Of a stretch of 64,000 nt of DNA, positions 1-9,531 are shown piece after piece. The position numbers and the translations under genes were made by a program. Position 1 is the stretch's first letter. Every line of letters starts with the position of its first letter. Below the pieces are notes generated by a model, which was not told the DNA's origin, searched no databases, and saw only the letters and a program-made list of their open reading frames with translations. Origin of the DNA: Gemmatimonadales bacterium (lineage in GTDB: Bacteria > Krumholzibacteriota > Krumholzibacteriia > LZORAL124-64-63); assembly GCA_019038745.1 (NCBI GenBank), contig JAHOYV010000005.1, positions 4,546 to 68,545 on the forward strand, in the 5' to 3' direction.

Positions 1-5
1 AGTTG

Positions 6-947
6 TCAGATCCCCTTCTCGACGAGCCAACGCTCAGCCTCAATGGCCGCCATACACCCGGTTCCGGCTGATGTTATCGCCTGCCGGTAGTGGGGATCCT
101 GCACGTCACCGCAAGCGAAGACACCGGGAATGTTGGTGGCCACCCGGTTCGGCTGTGTGATCAGGTAGCCGTTCTCGTCCGCATCCAGTTGTCCGGCCAG
201 GAATCCCGTATTCGGCGAGTGCCCGATGGCGATAAAGCAGCCGGTCACCGGTAGTTCACGCAAAGACCCATCGGTGGTGTCCTTGAGCATCAGTCCCTTC
301 AGATTGCCGTCCTGATCAGGGAGGTAGGAATCGATTACCGAGTTCCAGGCGATCTCTATCTTCTCATGGTCTAGAGCCCGCTGCTGCATGATCTTCGAGC
401 CGCGCAATTCGTCTCGGCGATGAATCAAAGTCACCTTTGAGGCGAAGTTTGTCAGATACGTAGCCTCTTCCAGGGCGGTGTCCCCGCCACCGACTACGGC
501 AATTTCCTGGCCGCGGAAGAAGAATCCGTCACAAGTGGCGCAGGCGCTCAGGCCCTTGCCCATGAAGGTCTTTTCGTCTACCAGGCCCAACCAGCGGGCC
601 GTGCTGCCGGTGGCGATAATCACTATCGGGGCGGAATACTGGTTGCCGCCTGTATTTACAGTGTGGACATCTTCTCCGAACGCAACCGATTCGGCCGTCT
701 CACTCTTGATGATGGTTCCGAACCGTTCAGCCTGGGCTCGCATTTTCATCATCAGTTCGGGTCCCTCGATACCATCCGGAAAGGCTGGGAAGTTTTCGAC
801 CTCGGTAGTGATCGTCAACTGGCCGCCGGGCTGCATACCTTCCAACAGGAGGTGGGGGATGTTGGCGCGGCCGAGATATATGGCTGCCGTGTACCCGGCT
901 GGACCTGATCCGATGATAATGGCTTTAGGGTTCTTGTTCTCGGTCAT
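6..947 (-). CDS. trxB: thioredoxin-disulfide reductase
   Basis: 313 aa. N-terminal FAD dinucleotide-binding motif GSGPAGYTAA, redox-active CATCDG (CxxC) motif and a second NAD(P)H-binding GGGDTA motif. Full-length TrxB architecture. Confidence 0.9.
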   Translation of the reverse strand: MTENKNPKAIIIGSGPAGYTAAIYLGRANIPHLLLEGMQPGGQLTITTEVENFPAFPDGIEGPELMMKMRAQAERFGTIIKSETAESVAFGEDVHTVNTGGNQYSAPIVIIATGSTARWLGLVDEKTFMGKGLSACATCDGFFFRGQEIAVVGGGDTALEEATYLTNFASKVTLIHRRDELRGSKIMQQRALDHEKIEIAWNSVIDSYLPDQDGNLKGLMLKDTTDGSLRELPVTGCFIAIGHSPNTGFLAGQLDADENGYLITQPNRVATNIPGVFACGDVQDPHYRQAITSAGTGCMAAIEAERWLVEKGI

Positions 948-1114
948 TGGTTCGCTTCTCCGATTTGAAGGAAATCCGCCTAGTACTCTGCAACAGCGGA
1001 GGCGGGAAGAATCTTCGGCATTGTTTGAATCTCCGCTACCATAGGGTTTTCCATTGGATTGTCAACAGCAGGGGGAAAGTAGGGAGAATTTGGTCAGGAA
1101 AATAAACCTCCTCC

Positions 1115-1143
1115 TTGACGAAAAGCCGATCAAAGTATTATTT
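1115..1143 (+). promoter_or_regulatory. candidate sigma-70-type promoter (TTGACG, 17 nt spacer, TTATTT) in the divergent trxB/rplU intergenic region
   Basis: The sequence ccTTGACGaaaagccgatcaaagtaTTATTTat lies about 150 nt upstream of the rplU start. It is only a motif match, and promoter grammar in this lineage is unknown. Confidence 0.25.
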
Positions 1144-1294
1144 ATAACTCCTTGTAACCGGATTTCGGGAGGCTGCGGTCTGCCTGACGGGTGTTTTTGC
1201 GCTTGTTGGAGGCGGCTGGGTAGGTCCTGGAACGGGTTTATCCTGGTAAGGGTGCAGCCCTGCCATCATTCATATAGCCGCGGAGAGAGTTGCT

Positions 1295-1606
1295 ATGTAC
1301 GCCGTAGTCAAAATAAAGGGACACCAGTACCGGGTTCAGCCCGAGGCCCTGCTTCAGGTTGAGTTGATCGACAGCGAGGTCGGTCAGACCGTCACCTTCG
1401 ATGAGGTGCTCATGGTTTCTGACGGGGACGATGTCCAGGTAGGAGCACCCCACGTCGCCGGAGCGACTGTGGAGGCCGAGATCATTGAGCACGGCCGCAG
1501 CAGAAAGATCGTCGTTTTCAAGAAGAAACGGCGCAAGAATTATCGTCGCAAGAACGGTCACCGGCAGGGTTATACCCAGCTCAAGATCACGGGAATCAAC
1601 GCCTAG
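1295..1606 (+). CDS. rplU: 50S ribosomal protein L21
   Basis: 103 aa beginning MYAVVKIKGHQYRVQPEALLQVE..., which is the canonical L21 N-terminus. It is immediately followed by rpmA, the conserved rplU-rpmA pair. Confidence 0.95.
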   Translation: MYAVVKIKGHQYRVQPEALLQVELIDSEVGQTVTFDEVLMVSDGDDVQVGAPHVAGATVEAEIIEHGRSRKIVVFKKKRRKNYRRKNGHRQGYTQLKITGINA

Positions 1607-1666
1607 TCTTTCGCCGCTGACGACATCAGGGGAATTCACGGCGGGCGAAATCAAAGGAGCGGAATA

Positions 1667-1921
1667 ATGGCTCATAAAAAAGCAGGCGGTAGTACCCGGA
1701 ACGGGCGGGACAGTAACCCCCAGTATCTGGGCGTCAAGCGCTTCGGAGGCGAAGCGGTTCTGGCCGGCACCATCATCGTACGGCAACGCGGCACCAAGAT
1801 TCATCCCGGCAAGAACGTCGGCAAGGGTGGGGATGATACCCTGTTTGCCCTGGTTGACGGTACGGTGGAATTTCAAAATTTCCGCCGCACCAAGAAACGG
1901 GTCAATATTCAGCCGGTCTGA
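1667..1921 (+). CDS. rpmA: 50S ribosomal protein L27
   Basis: 84 aa beginning [28 protein letters not shown]..., the hallmark L27 N-terminus. Confidence 0.95.
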   Translation: MAHKKAGGSTRNGRDSNPQYLGVKRFGGEAVLAGTIIVRQRGTKIHPGKNVGKGGDDTLFALVDGTVEFQNFRRTKKRVNIQPV

Positions 1922-1944
1922 TTGTGGATGCTTTCGGCATACGA

Positions 1945-1974
1945 GCCCACCCCCTCCAGGGTGGGCTTTTCTTT
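1945..1974 (+). terminator. rho-independent terminator after rpmA
   Basis: A GC hairpin GCCCACC-ccctccag-GGTGGGC is followed by TTTTCTTTT. Confidence 0.7.
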
Positions 1975-2007
1975 TGTCCGGGCCACGGGAATGGAGAGTT
2001 GTAATTC

Positions 2008-2775
2008 ATGAACAGGTCTGAAAATGGCACCGGTCGTGTGTTGGTCGTCATACCCGCCCGGTACGAGTCCTCCCGGTTCCCGGGCAAGGCCCTGGCCGAT
2101 CTCTACGGTGAACCCCTGATCGTAAGAACGGCCAGGAACGCTGCCCGCATGAGGCGTGCCGACAAGGTTGTAGTAGCCACCGATGACGAGCGAATCGCCG
2201 CTGCGGTGACTGCTGCCGGTTGTCTATGCGAAATGACGGGTCAACATCCGACCGGAACGGACCGTATCGCAGAGGTGGCCGCCCGCTACGAGGGGGAAAT
2301 CATTCTGAACCTGCAGGGTGACGAACCACTGTTGGATCCGGGACAGGTCGATCGACTCGTGGACATGATGGTCCAGGATCAGAGTATAGACATAGGAACC
2401 TGCGCCCATCCCTTTGCTTCTGCCGAAACCTGGCGGGATAGAAATACTGTGAAGGTCTTGGTAGACCAGTTCGGATTCGCCCTGTATTTTTCCAGGGCGG
2501 CCATCCCCGGGAATTTTCCCGGTCGCGAAGACAGGGGCCACGAACTGGCCGGGCGGCACGTGGGGGTTTACGCCTTTCGGCGGAGGGCCCTGGAACGTTT
2601 CATAAGGTTGGCGCCGACTCGGTATGAACAGGCCGAGGGACTGGAACAATTGCGTGCCCTGGAAAGTGGGATGCGCATCAAGGTACTGATGATCGACCAG
2701 GTAGCAGTGGGGGTCGATACCCCGGCCGACCTGGAAGAGGTCCGTCATTTGTGGCGGATCCGCAAGGACACTTGA
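2008..2775 (+). CDS. kdsB: 3-deoxy-manno-octulosonate cytidylyltransferase (CMP-KDO synthetase)
   Basis: 255 aa beginning VLVVIPARYESSRFPGKALADLYGEPLI.... The motifs IVATDDERI and LQGDEPLL are typical of KdsB. Confidence 0.9.
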   Translation: MNRSENGTGRVLVVIPARYESSRFPGKALADLYGEPLIVRTARNAARMRRADKVVVATDDERIAAAVTAAGCLCEMTGQHPTGTDRIAEVAARYEGEIILNLQGDEPLLDPGQVDRLVDMMVQDQSIDIGTCAHPFASAETWRDRNTVKVLVDQFGFALYFSRAAIPGNFPGREDRGHELAGRHVGVYAFRRRALERFIRLAPTRYEQAEGLEQLRALESGMRIKVLMIDQVAVGVDTPADLEEVRHLWRIRKDT

Positions 2776-2794
2776 AAGGCAGGAGAACAGGCAC

Positions 2795-4438
2795 ATGGCC
2801 AAGTTCGTATTCGTGACAGGCGGAGTGGTTTCCGCCCTGGGTAAGGGGATCGCCTCGGCATCACTGGGCAACCTTCTCAAGGCCAGGGGGCTGAATGTAA
2901 TTCTCCAAAAGTTCGATCCATACCTGAACGTTGATCCCGGCACCATGAGCCCATTCCAGCACGGCGAGGTTTTTGTCCTGGAAGACGGCGCCGAATGCGA
3001 TTTGGATCTGGGCCATTACGAGAGATTTACCCAGACGAATCTGGACCAGAACAACAACCTTACCGCGGGCCGTGTGTATGAGACGATCCTGGCCAAGGAG
3101 CGCAAGGGTGAGTATCTGGGGCGCACGGTTCAGGTTATCCCGCACGTTACCGACGAGATCAAACGCCGCATTCAGCTTCCGGCTGACAATGATCCCGATG
3201 TGGACGTGGTGATCACCGAGATAGGTGGCACGGTGGGTGATATCGAGAGTTTGCCTTTTCTGGAAGCCATCCGGCAATTTCGACTGGAGCAGGATATGCA
3301 AGACACTGCTTCGGTCCACTTGACGCTGGTGCCCTACATCGAAACAGCCGGCGAGATCAAGACCAAGCCCACTCAGCACTCTGTCCGCGAATTGCGCAGT
3401 ATCGGCATTCAACCGGATTTTCTGTTGTGTCGCGCTACTCACTCCATAGGTGAGGAGGCCCGCAGGAAAATCGCCCTGTTCTGCAACCTGCCGACGGAGC
3501 ACGTTTTTGATGCTCAGGATGCGGACTCCATATATCAGGTTCCCTGTAATTTGAACGACCAGGAATTCGACCGTCTGCTCTGCCAGAAGTTGGGCATCGA
3601 GACCGAGGAACCGGACCTGACCGAGTGGAAACACATGGTCCAGGTCATTCTGAATCCGCCCGAGCGGGTTCGCATCGCCATAGTCGGCAAGTACATCGAA
3701 TTGAAGGATGCCTACAAGAGCATCAGCGAATCTTTTATCCACGCGGGGATTCCCAACCACGCCGGCGTCGAACAGGTATGGGTGGACTCCGAAACCCTGG
3801 AAGGGGATGAGGTAGGAGATCGCAAGCTGGACGAAGTCTTCAATGGTTGCCATGGGATTCTGGTGCCCGGCGGATTCGGGGACCGGGGAATTCAGGGCAA
3901 GGTCAACGCAATTCGTTATGCCCGGGAAAAGAAGATCCCTTTCCTGGGGATCTGCCTGGGCCTGCAGTGCGCCCTGATCGAAATAGGCCGTGACCTGGTT
4001 GGGCTGGATATGGCCGGCAGTGCCGAGTTCGACGTTTCCACGCCGCACCCGGTCATCCATCTGATGGAGGATCAGAAGGGAATCGCCAATATGGGGGGTA
4101 CGATGCGCCTGGGCGCCTACCCTTGTGTCCTAAAGGAAGGCAGTCGGGCGGCGGATTTATACGGCGTCCTGGAAATCAGTGAAAGACATCGACATCGTTA
4201 CGAAGTGAACAACAGCTACCGGGAACGATTCGAACAGGCCGGAGTGGTCTTTTCCGGGTTGTCCCCGGATGGCCAACTGGTGGAAGTAATGGAGTTTCCC
4301 GACCATCCCTTCTTCTTGGCGGTGCAGTTCCATCCCGAGTTGAAATCCCGTCCGCGAGTGGCTCATCCGCTCTTCCGTGGGTTGGTGAAAGCTGCCCTGG
4401 TTCACCAGGCTCCGAAACAGGATTCCACCGTCGGCTGA
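2795..4438 (+). CDS. pyrG: CTP synthase
   Basis: 547 aa beginning MAKFVFVTGGVVSALGKGIASASLG..., the synthetase-domain N-terminus. The C-terminal glutamine amidotransferase domain carries the GICLGLQ active-site Cys. Confidence 0.95.
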   Translation: MAKFVFVTGGVVSALGKGIASASLGNLLKARGLNVILQKFDPYLNVDPGTMSPFQHGEVFVLEDGAECDLDLGHYERFTQTNLDQNNNLTAGRVYETILAKERKGEYLGRTVQVIPHVTDEIKRRIQLPADNDPDVDVVITEIGGTVGDIESLPFLEAIRQFRLEQDMQDTASVHLTLVPYIETAGEIKTKPTQHSVRELRSIGIQPDFLLCRATHSIGEEARRKIALFCNLPTEHVFDAQDADSIYQVPCNLNDQEFDRLLCQKLGIETEEPDLTEWKHMVQVILNPPERVRIAIVGKYIELKDAYKSISESFIHAGIPNHAGVEQVWVDSETLEGDEVGDRKLDEVFNGCHGILVPGGFGDRGIQGKVNAIRYAREKKIPFLGICLGLQCALIEIGRDLVGLDMAGSAEFDVSTPHPVIHLMEDQKGIANMGGTMRLGAYPCVLKEGSRAADLYGVLEISERHRHRYEVNNSYRERFEQAGVVFSGLSPDGQLVEVMEFPDHPFFLAVQFHPELKSRPRVAHPLFRGLVKAALVHQAPKQDSTVG

Positions 4439-4458
4439 AAAACAAAAATGAGGTAAAC

Positions 4459-5310
4459 ATGGTTTCGAAACGAACCATTCGAATTGGACAGCAGAGCTTG
4501 GGGGCGGACCAGCCTCTTTTTCTGATCGCCGGCCCCTGCGTGCTGGAAGACCCGGATGAGATGCTGGGTGTGGCCGAGGCCTTGGTAGAAACCTGTGACG
4601 AGGCGGGTGTCGGGTTCTGTTTCAAGTCCAGTTACACAAAGGACAATCGGACCAGCGGTCAGTCCTACCGGGGGCCTGGTCTGGAGGAGGGGCTGCGTCT
4701 GCTGAGGCGAATATCCCGGGAAACGGGAGCCCCCATTGTGACGGATGTTCACCATCCGGAGGAGGCCGAGGCGGTTGCGAATGTAGCTGAAGTTTTGCAG
4801 ATTCCTGCCTTTCTTTGCCGCCAGACGTCCTTGCTGGAGGCTGTCGGGATGACCGGACAAGTAGTGAACGTAAAGAAAGGTCAGTTCCTGGCCGCAGCGG
4901 ACATGGCCCACGCCGCCTCCAAGCTGGAGGGTGTCGGTTGCCGTCGAATCCTGTTCACCGAGAGAGGTTCATTCTTCGGCTACCGGGATCTTACCGTGGA
5001 TTTCCGTTCTATCCAGATTATGGGTGACCTGGGGTATCCTGTTGTCTTCGACGCGACCCATTCGGTGCAGTCGCCCGGCAGTACAGGTACGACAACCGGA
5101 GGAAGTCCCGAGCTGATTCCTTTGCTGGCCCGTTGCGGTGTTGCCGCCGGTTGCGACGCGATTTTTCTGGAGGTTCATCCAGAACCGTCTCGGGCCAAGA
5201 GTGACGCGGGATGCCAGTTGCCTCTGGCAAAATTCCAGTCCCTGCTCCAGGAACTGGTTAGTTACCGGGAGCTCTACCTTGAGATCCAGTCACGCGGGAT
5301 CAGCACATGA
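4459..5310 (+). CDS. kdsA: 2-dehydro-3-deoxyphosphooctonate aldolase (KDO-8-phosphate synthase)
   Basis: 283 aa containing LFLIAGPCVLE, FCFKSSYTKDNRTS and VTDVHHPEEA, all motifs of the DAHP/KDO8P synthase fold. Confidence 0.9.
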   Translation: MVSKRTIRIGQQSLGADQPLFLIAGPCVLEDPDEMLGVAEALVETCDEAGVGFCFKSSYTKDNRTSGQSYRGPGLEEGLRLLRRISRETGAPIVTDVHHPEEAEAVANVAEVLQIPAFLCRQTSLLEAVGMTGQVVNVKKGQFLAAADMAHAASKLEGVGCRRILFTERGSFFGYRDLTVDFRSIQIMGDLGYPVVFDATHSVQSPGSTGTTTGGSPELIPLLARCGVAAGCDAIFLEVHPEPSRAKSDAGCQLPLAKFQSLLQELVSYRELYLEIQSRGIST

Positions 5311-5984
5311 TGGGGTCGTCCGGCAGCAAACCCTGGCCGCCAAAGTCCGATCAGGATTATCGGCAGGAGGCACAGTCCACCCTGGGCGCTGAATTGGCTG
5401 CCAGATTCGGTGACATCAAGTTGATGGTATTCGACGCGGATGGGGTCCTGACGTCTGGAAATCTGGTCTATGGACCTCGGGGCGAGGCCCTCAAGGAGTT
5501 TCACAGCCATGACGGTCTAGGCCTGGTCATGGCCCGCATGGTCGGCATCCAGCGGGCGGTGCTGACTGGCCGCAACAGCAATATCGTAGAGCGCCGGGCT
5601 ACCGAGCTGCGCTTTGATTCGATCAAGCTGGGTCGGTTCGACAAGGTGGCCGCCCTGCGCGAAATTTTGGAAGAGACGGGATGCTCCGCCGAGCAAACGC
5701 TGTATATGGGTGACGACCTTATCGATCTGCCGGCCATGTACGAAGTTGGTCTGCCCGTGGCCGTGCCTTCCTCCCCTGGGGAGGTTTTGGCTGCTTGCGC
5801 GTTCGTTACCGGGGCGTCCGGTGGGGCGGGGGCCGTGCGGGAAATCACCGATCTGGTACTCAAGTCGGCCGGATTATACGGACTGTCACTGACCCGCTTG
5901 GTTGACAAGGCCTGGCATCCGTCATCCGAGGAGCTCTCGAGTGACGATGGGACGGTCGAACCCGGAGCAGAAAGCAAGGAATGA
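5307..5984 (+). CDS. kdsC: KDO-8-phosphate phosphatase (HAD family)
   Basis: 225 aa. HAD motif I is KLMVFDADGVLT and the distal motif is GDDLIDLP. The start overlaps the kdsA stop (ATGA). The N- and C-terminal extensions of about 35 aa leave the true start uncertain. Confidence 0.8.
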   Translation: MMGSSGSKPWPPKSDQDYRQEAQSTLGAELAARFGDIKLMVFDADGVLTSGNLVYGPRGEALKEFHSHDGLGLVMARMVGIQRAVLTGRNSNIVERRATELRFDSIKLGRFDKVAALREILEETGCSAEQTLYMGDDLIDLPAMYEVGLPVAVPSSPGEVLAACAFVTGASGGAGAVREITDLVLKSAGLYGLSLTRLVDKAWHPSSEELSSDDGTVEPGAESKE

Positions 5985-7000
5985 TGGAATATCCCATTGG
6001 AAACCACCAGGCTCCGGAGTGGAACGAGGCAGCGATCATTGCTCTGGGAAAGGAGACCTTTACCCAGGAAGCCGATGCTTTGCGCCGAGTAGGGGAAGTC
6101 CTTGATGGTTCCTTTGTCTTGGCTCTGAAGAACCTTTTCGATTGTCAGGGTCGGGTTCTCGTTACCGGGCTGGGCAAGTCGGGAATCATCGCCCGCAAAC
6201 TGGCAGCCACTCTGACCAGCACCGGTTCACCCAGTCATTTTATTCATCCGGTAGAGGCGGCGCACGGTGATTTGGGGATAGTCAGGGGTGCGGACCTCAT
6301 CATTTCCATCAGCCGCAGTGGAAACAACCAGGAGGTTGTCGCCCTGCTGGATAATTGCCGGCAATTTGGGATGAAGTCCATCGCCATCACGGCCAGCCCC
6401 AATTCGGCCTTGGCGCGGGCCAGCGATATCGTTCTGCATACTCCCGTGGAGCGGGAAGCTTGTCCCCTGAATCTGACTCCGACTACCAGCACCCTGGCTG
6501 CTATGGCCATGGGGGATGCACTGGCCGTGTCCCTGATCCGGCTGCGCGGGTTTCGTCGGGAGGATTTTGCCCTCTTCCATCCCAGCGGTACCCTGGGGCG
6601 GAGTCTGTTGACCACAGTGTCGGCGCTGATGCATACCGGAGAAGAGTTGCCCGTGGTAGCCGATCGCCTGACTCTGGGGGAATCCCTTCCCGAAATGGTG
6701 GGCAAACGCCTGGGTGGGGCGTGTGTCGTCGATGACGAGGGGAAGCTGGTGGGATTGTGTGTGGACGGCGACATCAAACGTGTCTTGCTGGAGCGACGGG
6801 ATGCCCTTGACCTGCCCATCAGCGAAGTCATGAATCAGCAGCCCACTACAGTTGGGCCAGACGAATTGGCCCTCAACGCCCTGCGCATGATGGAGCAGCG
6901 GGCTGAAGGCCCTGTAACTCTCCTGATTGTCGTCGATCACGAAAGCAAGCCCGTGGGATTGCTCCATATTCACGATGTATTGCGAGCCGGCCTGCTTTGA
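5981..7000 (+). CDS. kdsD: arabinose-5-phosphate isomerase (SIS + tandem CBS domains)
   Basis: 339 aa. The SIS domain is VLVTGLGKSGIIARKLAATLTSTG and two CBS domains are in the C-terminal half. This is the KdsD/GutQ architecture, and it completes the KDO pathway together with kdsA, kdsB and kdsC. Confidence 0.85.
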   Translation: MMEYPIGNHQAPEWNEAAIIALGKETFTQEADALRRVGEVLDGSFVLALKNLFDCQGRVLVTGLGKSGIIARKLAATLTSTGSPSHFIHPVEAAHGDLGIVRGADLIISISRSGNNQEVVALLDNCRQFGMKSIAITASPNSALARASDIVLHTPVEREACPLNLTPTTSTLAAMAMGDALAVSLIRLRGFRREDFALFHPSGTLGRSLLTTVSALMHTGEELPVVADRLTLGESLPEMVGKRLGGACVVDDEGKLVGLCVDGDIKRVLLERRDALDLPISEVMNQQPTTVGPDELALNALRMMEQRAEGPVTLLIVVDHESKPVGLLHIHDVLRAGLL

Positions 7001-7101
7001 TCTCTCCAAAAGTGTACCTTAAGGAAAAAATAAATATTAAGTGTAGGATGCAACTTGCCCCTTGTTTCTCCAATCCGTTACATCTACAATGATTGAGGGA
7101 T

Positions 7102-7116
7102 TGGCACAGCTTGTGC
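7102..7116 (+). promoter_or_regulatory. sigma-54 (-24/-12) promoter-like element TGGCAC-N5-GTGC
   Basis: TGGCACagcttGTGCt has GG and GC separated by exactly 10 nt, with one mismatch to TGGCACG-N4-TTGC. It sits 35-70 nt upstream of the lpxL-like gene that heads the lptC-lptB-rpoN unit. Confidence 0.35.
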
Positions 7117-7150
7117 TTAAGGGGATGTCCTGTCTGTTGATGGGATCGGG

Positions 7151-8176
7151 ATGGTTGCAAAGGACGGAATTCCAGGCAGGAGAATGAAACGCTTGGACGC
7201 TGGCCGCCACAGCCTATTTAGACGGTCCCGAAGGCGATTCTACTGGTTGCTGACCCGGGGGTTGATCCTATTGGCAGGATGCTTGCCGCTGTTCCTCGGC
7301 CGAGAACTGGGGCGGGGGTTGGTGGGAATGGCCCTTGGGCTTCGGCCCAAGGAAGTCTCCTGCGCACGGAACAATCTATTGATTGCCTTTCCTGAATTGG
7401 ACTCCACCTGCCGGGAACAATTATTACGGCAGGCCAAGAGGGCGTTGGGAGCCAATCTGTTTGATACAATGGTTGTACCGCGCCTGTTGGCCAGGCCGGG
7501 TCTGGTGGTGAGTGAACCGGCCGGGAGGCTCACGGGAGAGATTCAGCCCTCGGGATTGTTGGAAGTTCTGGCCGGCCTGGCTGGAATGAACCGGGGAGTC
7601 ATGATCTTGACCGGCCATATCGGCTGCTGGGAGTTGTTGGGCGGTTGGCTGGCTCGGGAGATCCCTGCTGCGGGTCTGGGGCGCTTGGGGGTGGTGACCG
7701 GTACGATTCACAACCAACCGGTTGATCGATTGGTTCAGGATAAGCGGCGGAGTCTGGGTATGAAGGTGCTGCCGCGGGAAGATGGAATTCGGCCTTTGCT
7801 GGACCACTTGGGCTCCGGTTCAGTGGTGGCGGTCCTTTTGGACCAGAACACCAGGGTGCAGAATCTGCCGGTTTCCTTCTTTGGGAAGTCAGCTCCTACT
7901 GCCGCTGGTTTTGCCAGGATCATATTAAGGAGAGGGATTCCAGTGTTGCCGGTGGCCATTGCCCGGGCGGGGGAAGGCCACGTTGTGAGGTACCTGGATC
8001 CCATCCTGTCAGAACCTCTCCCGGAGCTTGGTTCTGATCCGGAAGTCCTGGAGAATTTCCTGGGTGAGTGCAACTTGGCCCTGGAAAAACTGATTCGCCG
8101 GAACCCAGCAGAGTGGGTGTGGTTCCACGATCGTTGGAATGATCGGGGTGCCAATTCCGCGGTGGCTGTTTTTTGA
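7151..8176 (+). CDS. lipid A biosynthesis late acyltransferase (LpxL/HtrB family)
   Basis: 341 aa (or 330 aa from the alternative start MKRLD at 7184). There is an N-terminal TM segment, a conserved TGHIGCWE motif of the H(X)4D/E type, and overall LPLAT superfamily layout. It sits between the KDO genes and lptC/lptB. Confidence 0.65.
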   Translation: MVAKDGIPGRRMKRLDAGRHSLFRRSRRRFYWLLTRGLILLAGCLPLFLGRELGRGLVGMALGLRPKEVSCARNNLLIAFPELDSTCREQLLRQAKRALGANLFDTMVVPRLLARPGLVVSEPAGRLTGEIQPSGLLEVLAGLAGMNRGVMILTGHIGCWELLGGWLAREIPAAGLGRLGVVTGTIHNQPVDRLVQDKRRSLGMKVLPREDGIRPLLDHLGSGSVVAVLLDQNTRVQNLPVSFFGKSAPTAAGFARIILRRGIPVLPVAIARAGEGHVVRYLDPILSEPLPELGSDPEVLENFLGECNLALEKLIRRNPAEWVWFHDRWNDRGANSAVAVF

Positions 8177-8206
8177 CCTGATTGATGAAAGGCGGAGGAG
8201 TCTTCA

Positions 8207-8788
8207 GTGAAGTTCGGGAATGCTTTCATGAGAATTCTTTTTGGCTTGTCGGCAGTGGTGCTTACGTGCTGCGGCGCTTCCGGATGTGGCCCAAACGATG
8301 AGCCATCCCCGGTGCAGGTCGCTCAGGTACAGGAGGTTCCCGAACAACAATTCTTCGATTATACTTTTACTGAGACCAGTGCGGGCGTTGTCCAGTGGAT
8401 CCTGGAGAGCGATGAGATGAAGAAATTCACCGGCCAGCGCGATGCCCAGTTCACCGTTGTAAAGATGGATTTCTTCAACGATGGGGTTCATTTCTCCACC
8501 CTTACGGCCGACAGTGGTTCAGCCAATATGCTCGTCAAGGATGTTCATGTCTGGGGTAATGTGCTTTTGTTGAAGGACAATGGTGATCGACTGGAAACCG
8601 AGGAACTCTTTTTCGACAACAAGGAACAGCTGATTCACAACGACATCTTCAACCGAACGGTTACCAATCAGGAAGTTGTAACCGGTTATGGACTGGAAGC
8701 TACGCCGGACCTTGAATACATTAGGATCAAGGACCGGGCAAAGGGCTATGCCACGGAAAACGTCGCAGACGAAAGTGAACTCAATTGA
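8207..8788 (+). CDS. LPS export periplasmic protein, LptC/LptA (OstA-like) family
   Basis: 193 aa with an N-terminal signal/lipoprotein-like peptide. Its size and its position immediately upstream of lptB (overlapping by 4 nt) match the lptC-lptA-lptB arrangement. The sequence is not specific enough to tell LptC from LptA. Confidence 0.5.
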   Translation: MKFGNAFMRILFGLSAVVLTCCGASGCGPNDEPSPVQVAQVQEVPEQQFFDYTFTETSAGVVQWILESDEMKKFTGQRDAQFTVVKMDFFNDGVHFSTLTADSGSANMLVKDVHVWGNVLLLKDNGDRLETEELFFDNKEQLIHNDIFNRTVTNQEVVTGYGLEATPDLEYIRIKDRAKGYATENVADESELN

Positions 8789-9531
8789 CCTCAGCCTCCT
8801 CCTCCAACCGTTCTCTCTTGGTAACCAAGAAACTCAGCAAGGTGTACCGCAAACGTGCGGTGGTAGATGACGTGGACCTCGAAATTTCCCAGGGCGAGAT
8901 TGTGGGCCTGTTGGGTCCCAACGGGGCCGGCAAGACCACTTCCTTCTATATGATCGTCGGTTTCATTTCTCCGGACGGCGGCAAGGTTTTTTTGGATGGA
9001 AAGGACATCTCCGGTTTGCCGATGTACAAGCGGGCACGCCTGGGGATCGGCTACCTTCCCCAGGAGTCTTCCATTTTTCGAAAACTCTCCGTCCAGGAAA
9101 ATGTCATGGCCATTCTTCAGAGCGTGAAGATGAGCCGGACGGAACGTAAGGAGAGGATGGAGGAGCTGATGGAGCTGATGGGGGTAACCCACATTCGCAA
9201 CAGCAAAGGGTACGAGTTGTCCGGAGGGGAGCGGCGGCGGGTGGAAATCGCCCGGTCATTGGCCACAAGGCCCAAGTTCATGCTGCTGGACGAGCCCTTC
9301 GCCGGGATCGATCCTATCGCCGTGGCCGATCTGCAGACTGTGGTCAGTCAGCTGAAGGATCACGGACTTGGGGTTTTAATCACCGATCACAACGTTCGGG
9401 AGACGCTAACCATTACAGATCGTGCCTACATTCTATATGAGGGGAAAATCGAGATGTCCGGGACCCCCGAACAGGTGGTATCCTCGGATAAGGCTAGATC
9501 CATTTACTTGGGTGAGAAGTTTAAATTGTGA
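8785..9531 (+). CDS. lptB: LPS export ABC transporter ATP-binding protein
   Basis: 248 aa with Walker A GPNGAGKTT, signature LSGGERRR and Walker B MLLDEP. It lies directly upstream of rpoN, as in proteobacterial lptB-rpoN loci. Confidence 0.9.
   Translation: MTSASSSNRSLLVTKKLSKVYRKRAVVDDVDLEISQGEIVGLLGPNGAGKTTSFYMIVGFISPDGGKVFLDGKDISGLPMYKRARLGIGYLPQESSIFRKLSVQENVMAILQSVKMSRTERKERMEELMELMGVTHIRNSKGYELSGGERRRVEIARSLATRPKFMLLDEPFAGIDPIAVADLQTVVSQLKDHGLGVLITDHNVRETLTITDRAYILYEGKIEMSGTPEQVVSSDKARSIYLGEKFKL

Noticed and set aside
1054-1876. ORFs 1054..1362 (+) and 1238..1876 (-) overlapping rplU/rpmA
   Set aside because: They overlap two unmistakable ribosomal protein genes in other frames, so they are spurious.
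2224-4060. Long antisense ORFs (240 aa and 399 aa, minus strand) overlapping kdsB/pyrG
   Set aside because: They lie entirely antisense to strongly recognisable kdsB and pyrG. Their composition is low-complexity and Arg/Pro/Gly-rich, typical of spurious ORFs in high-GC DNA.
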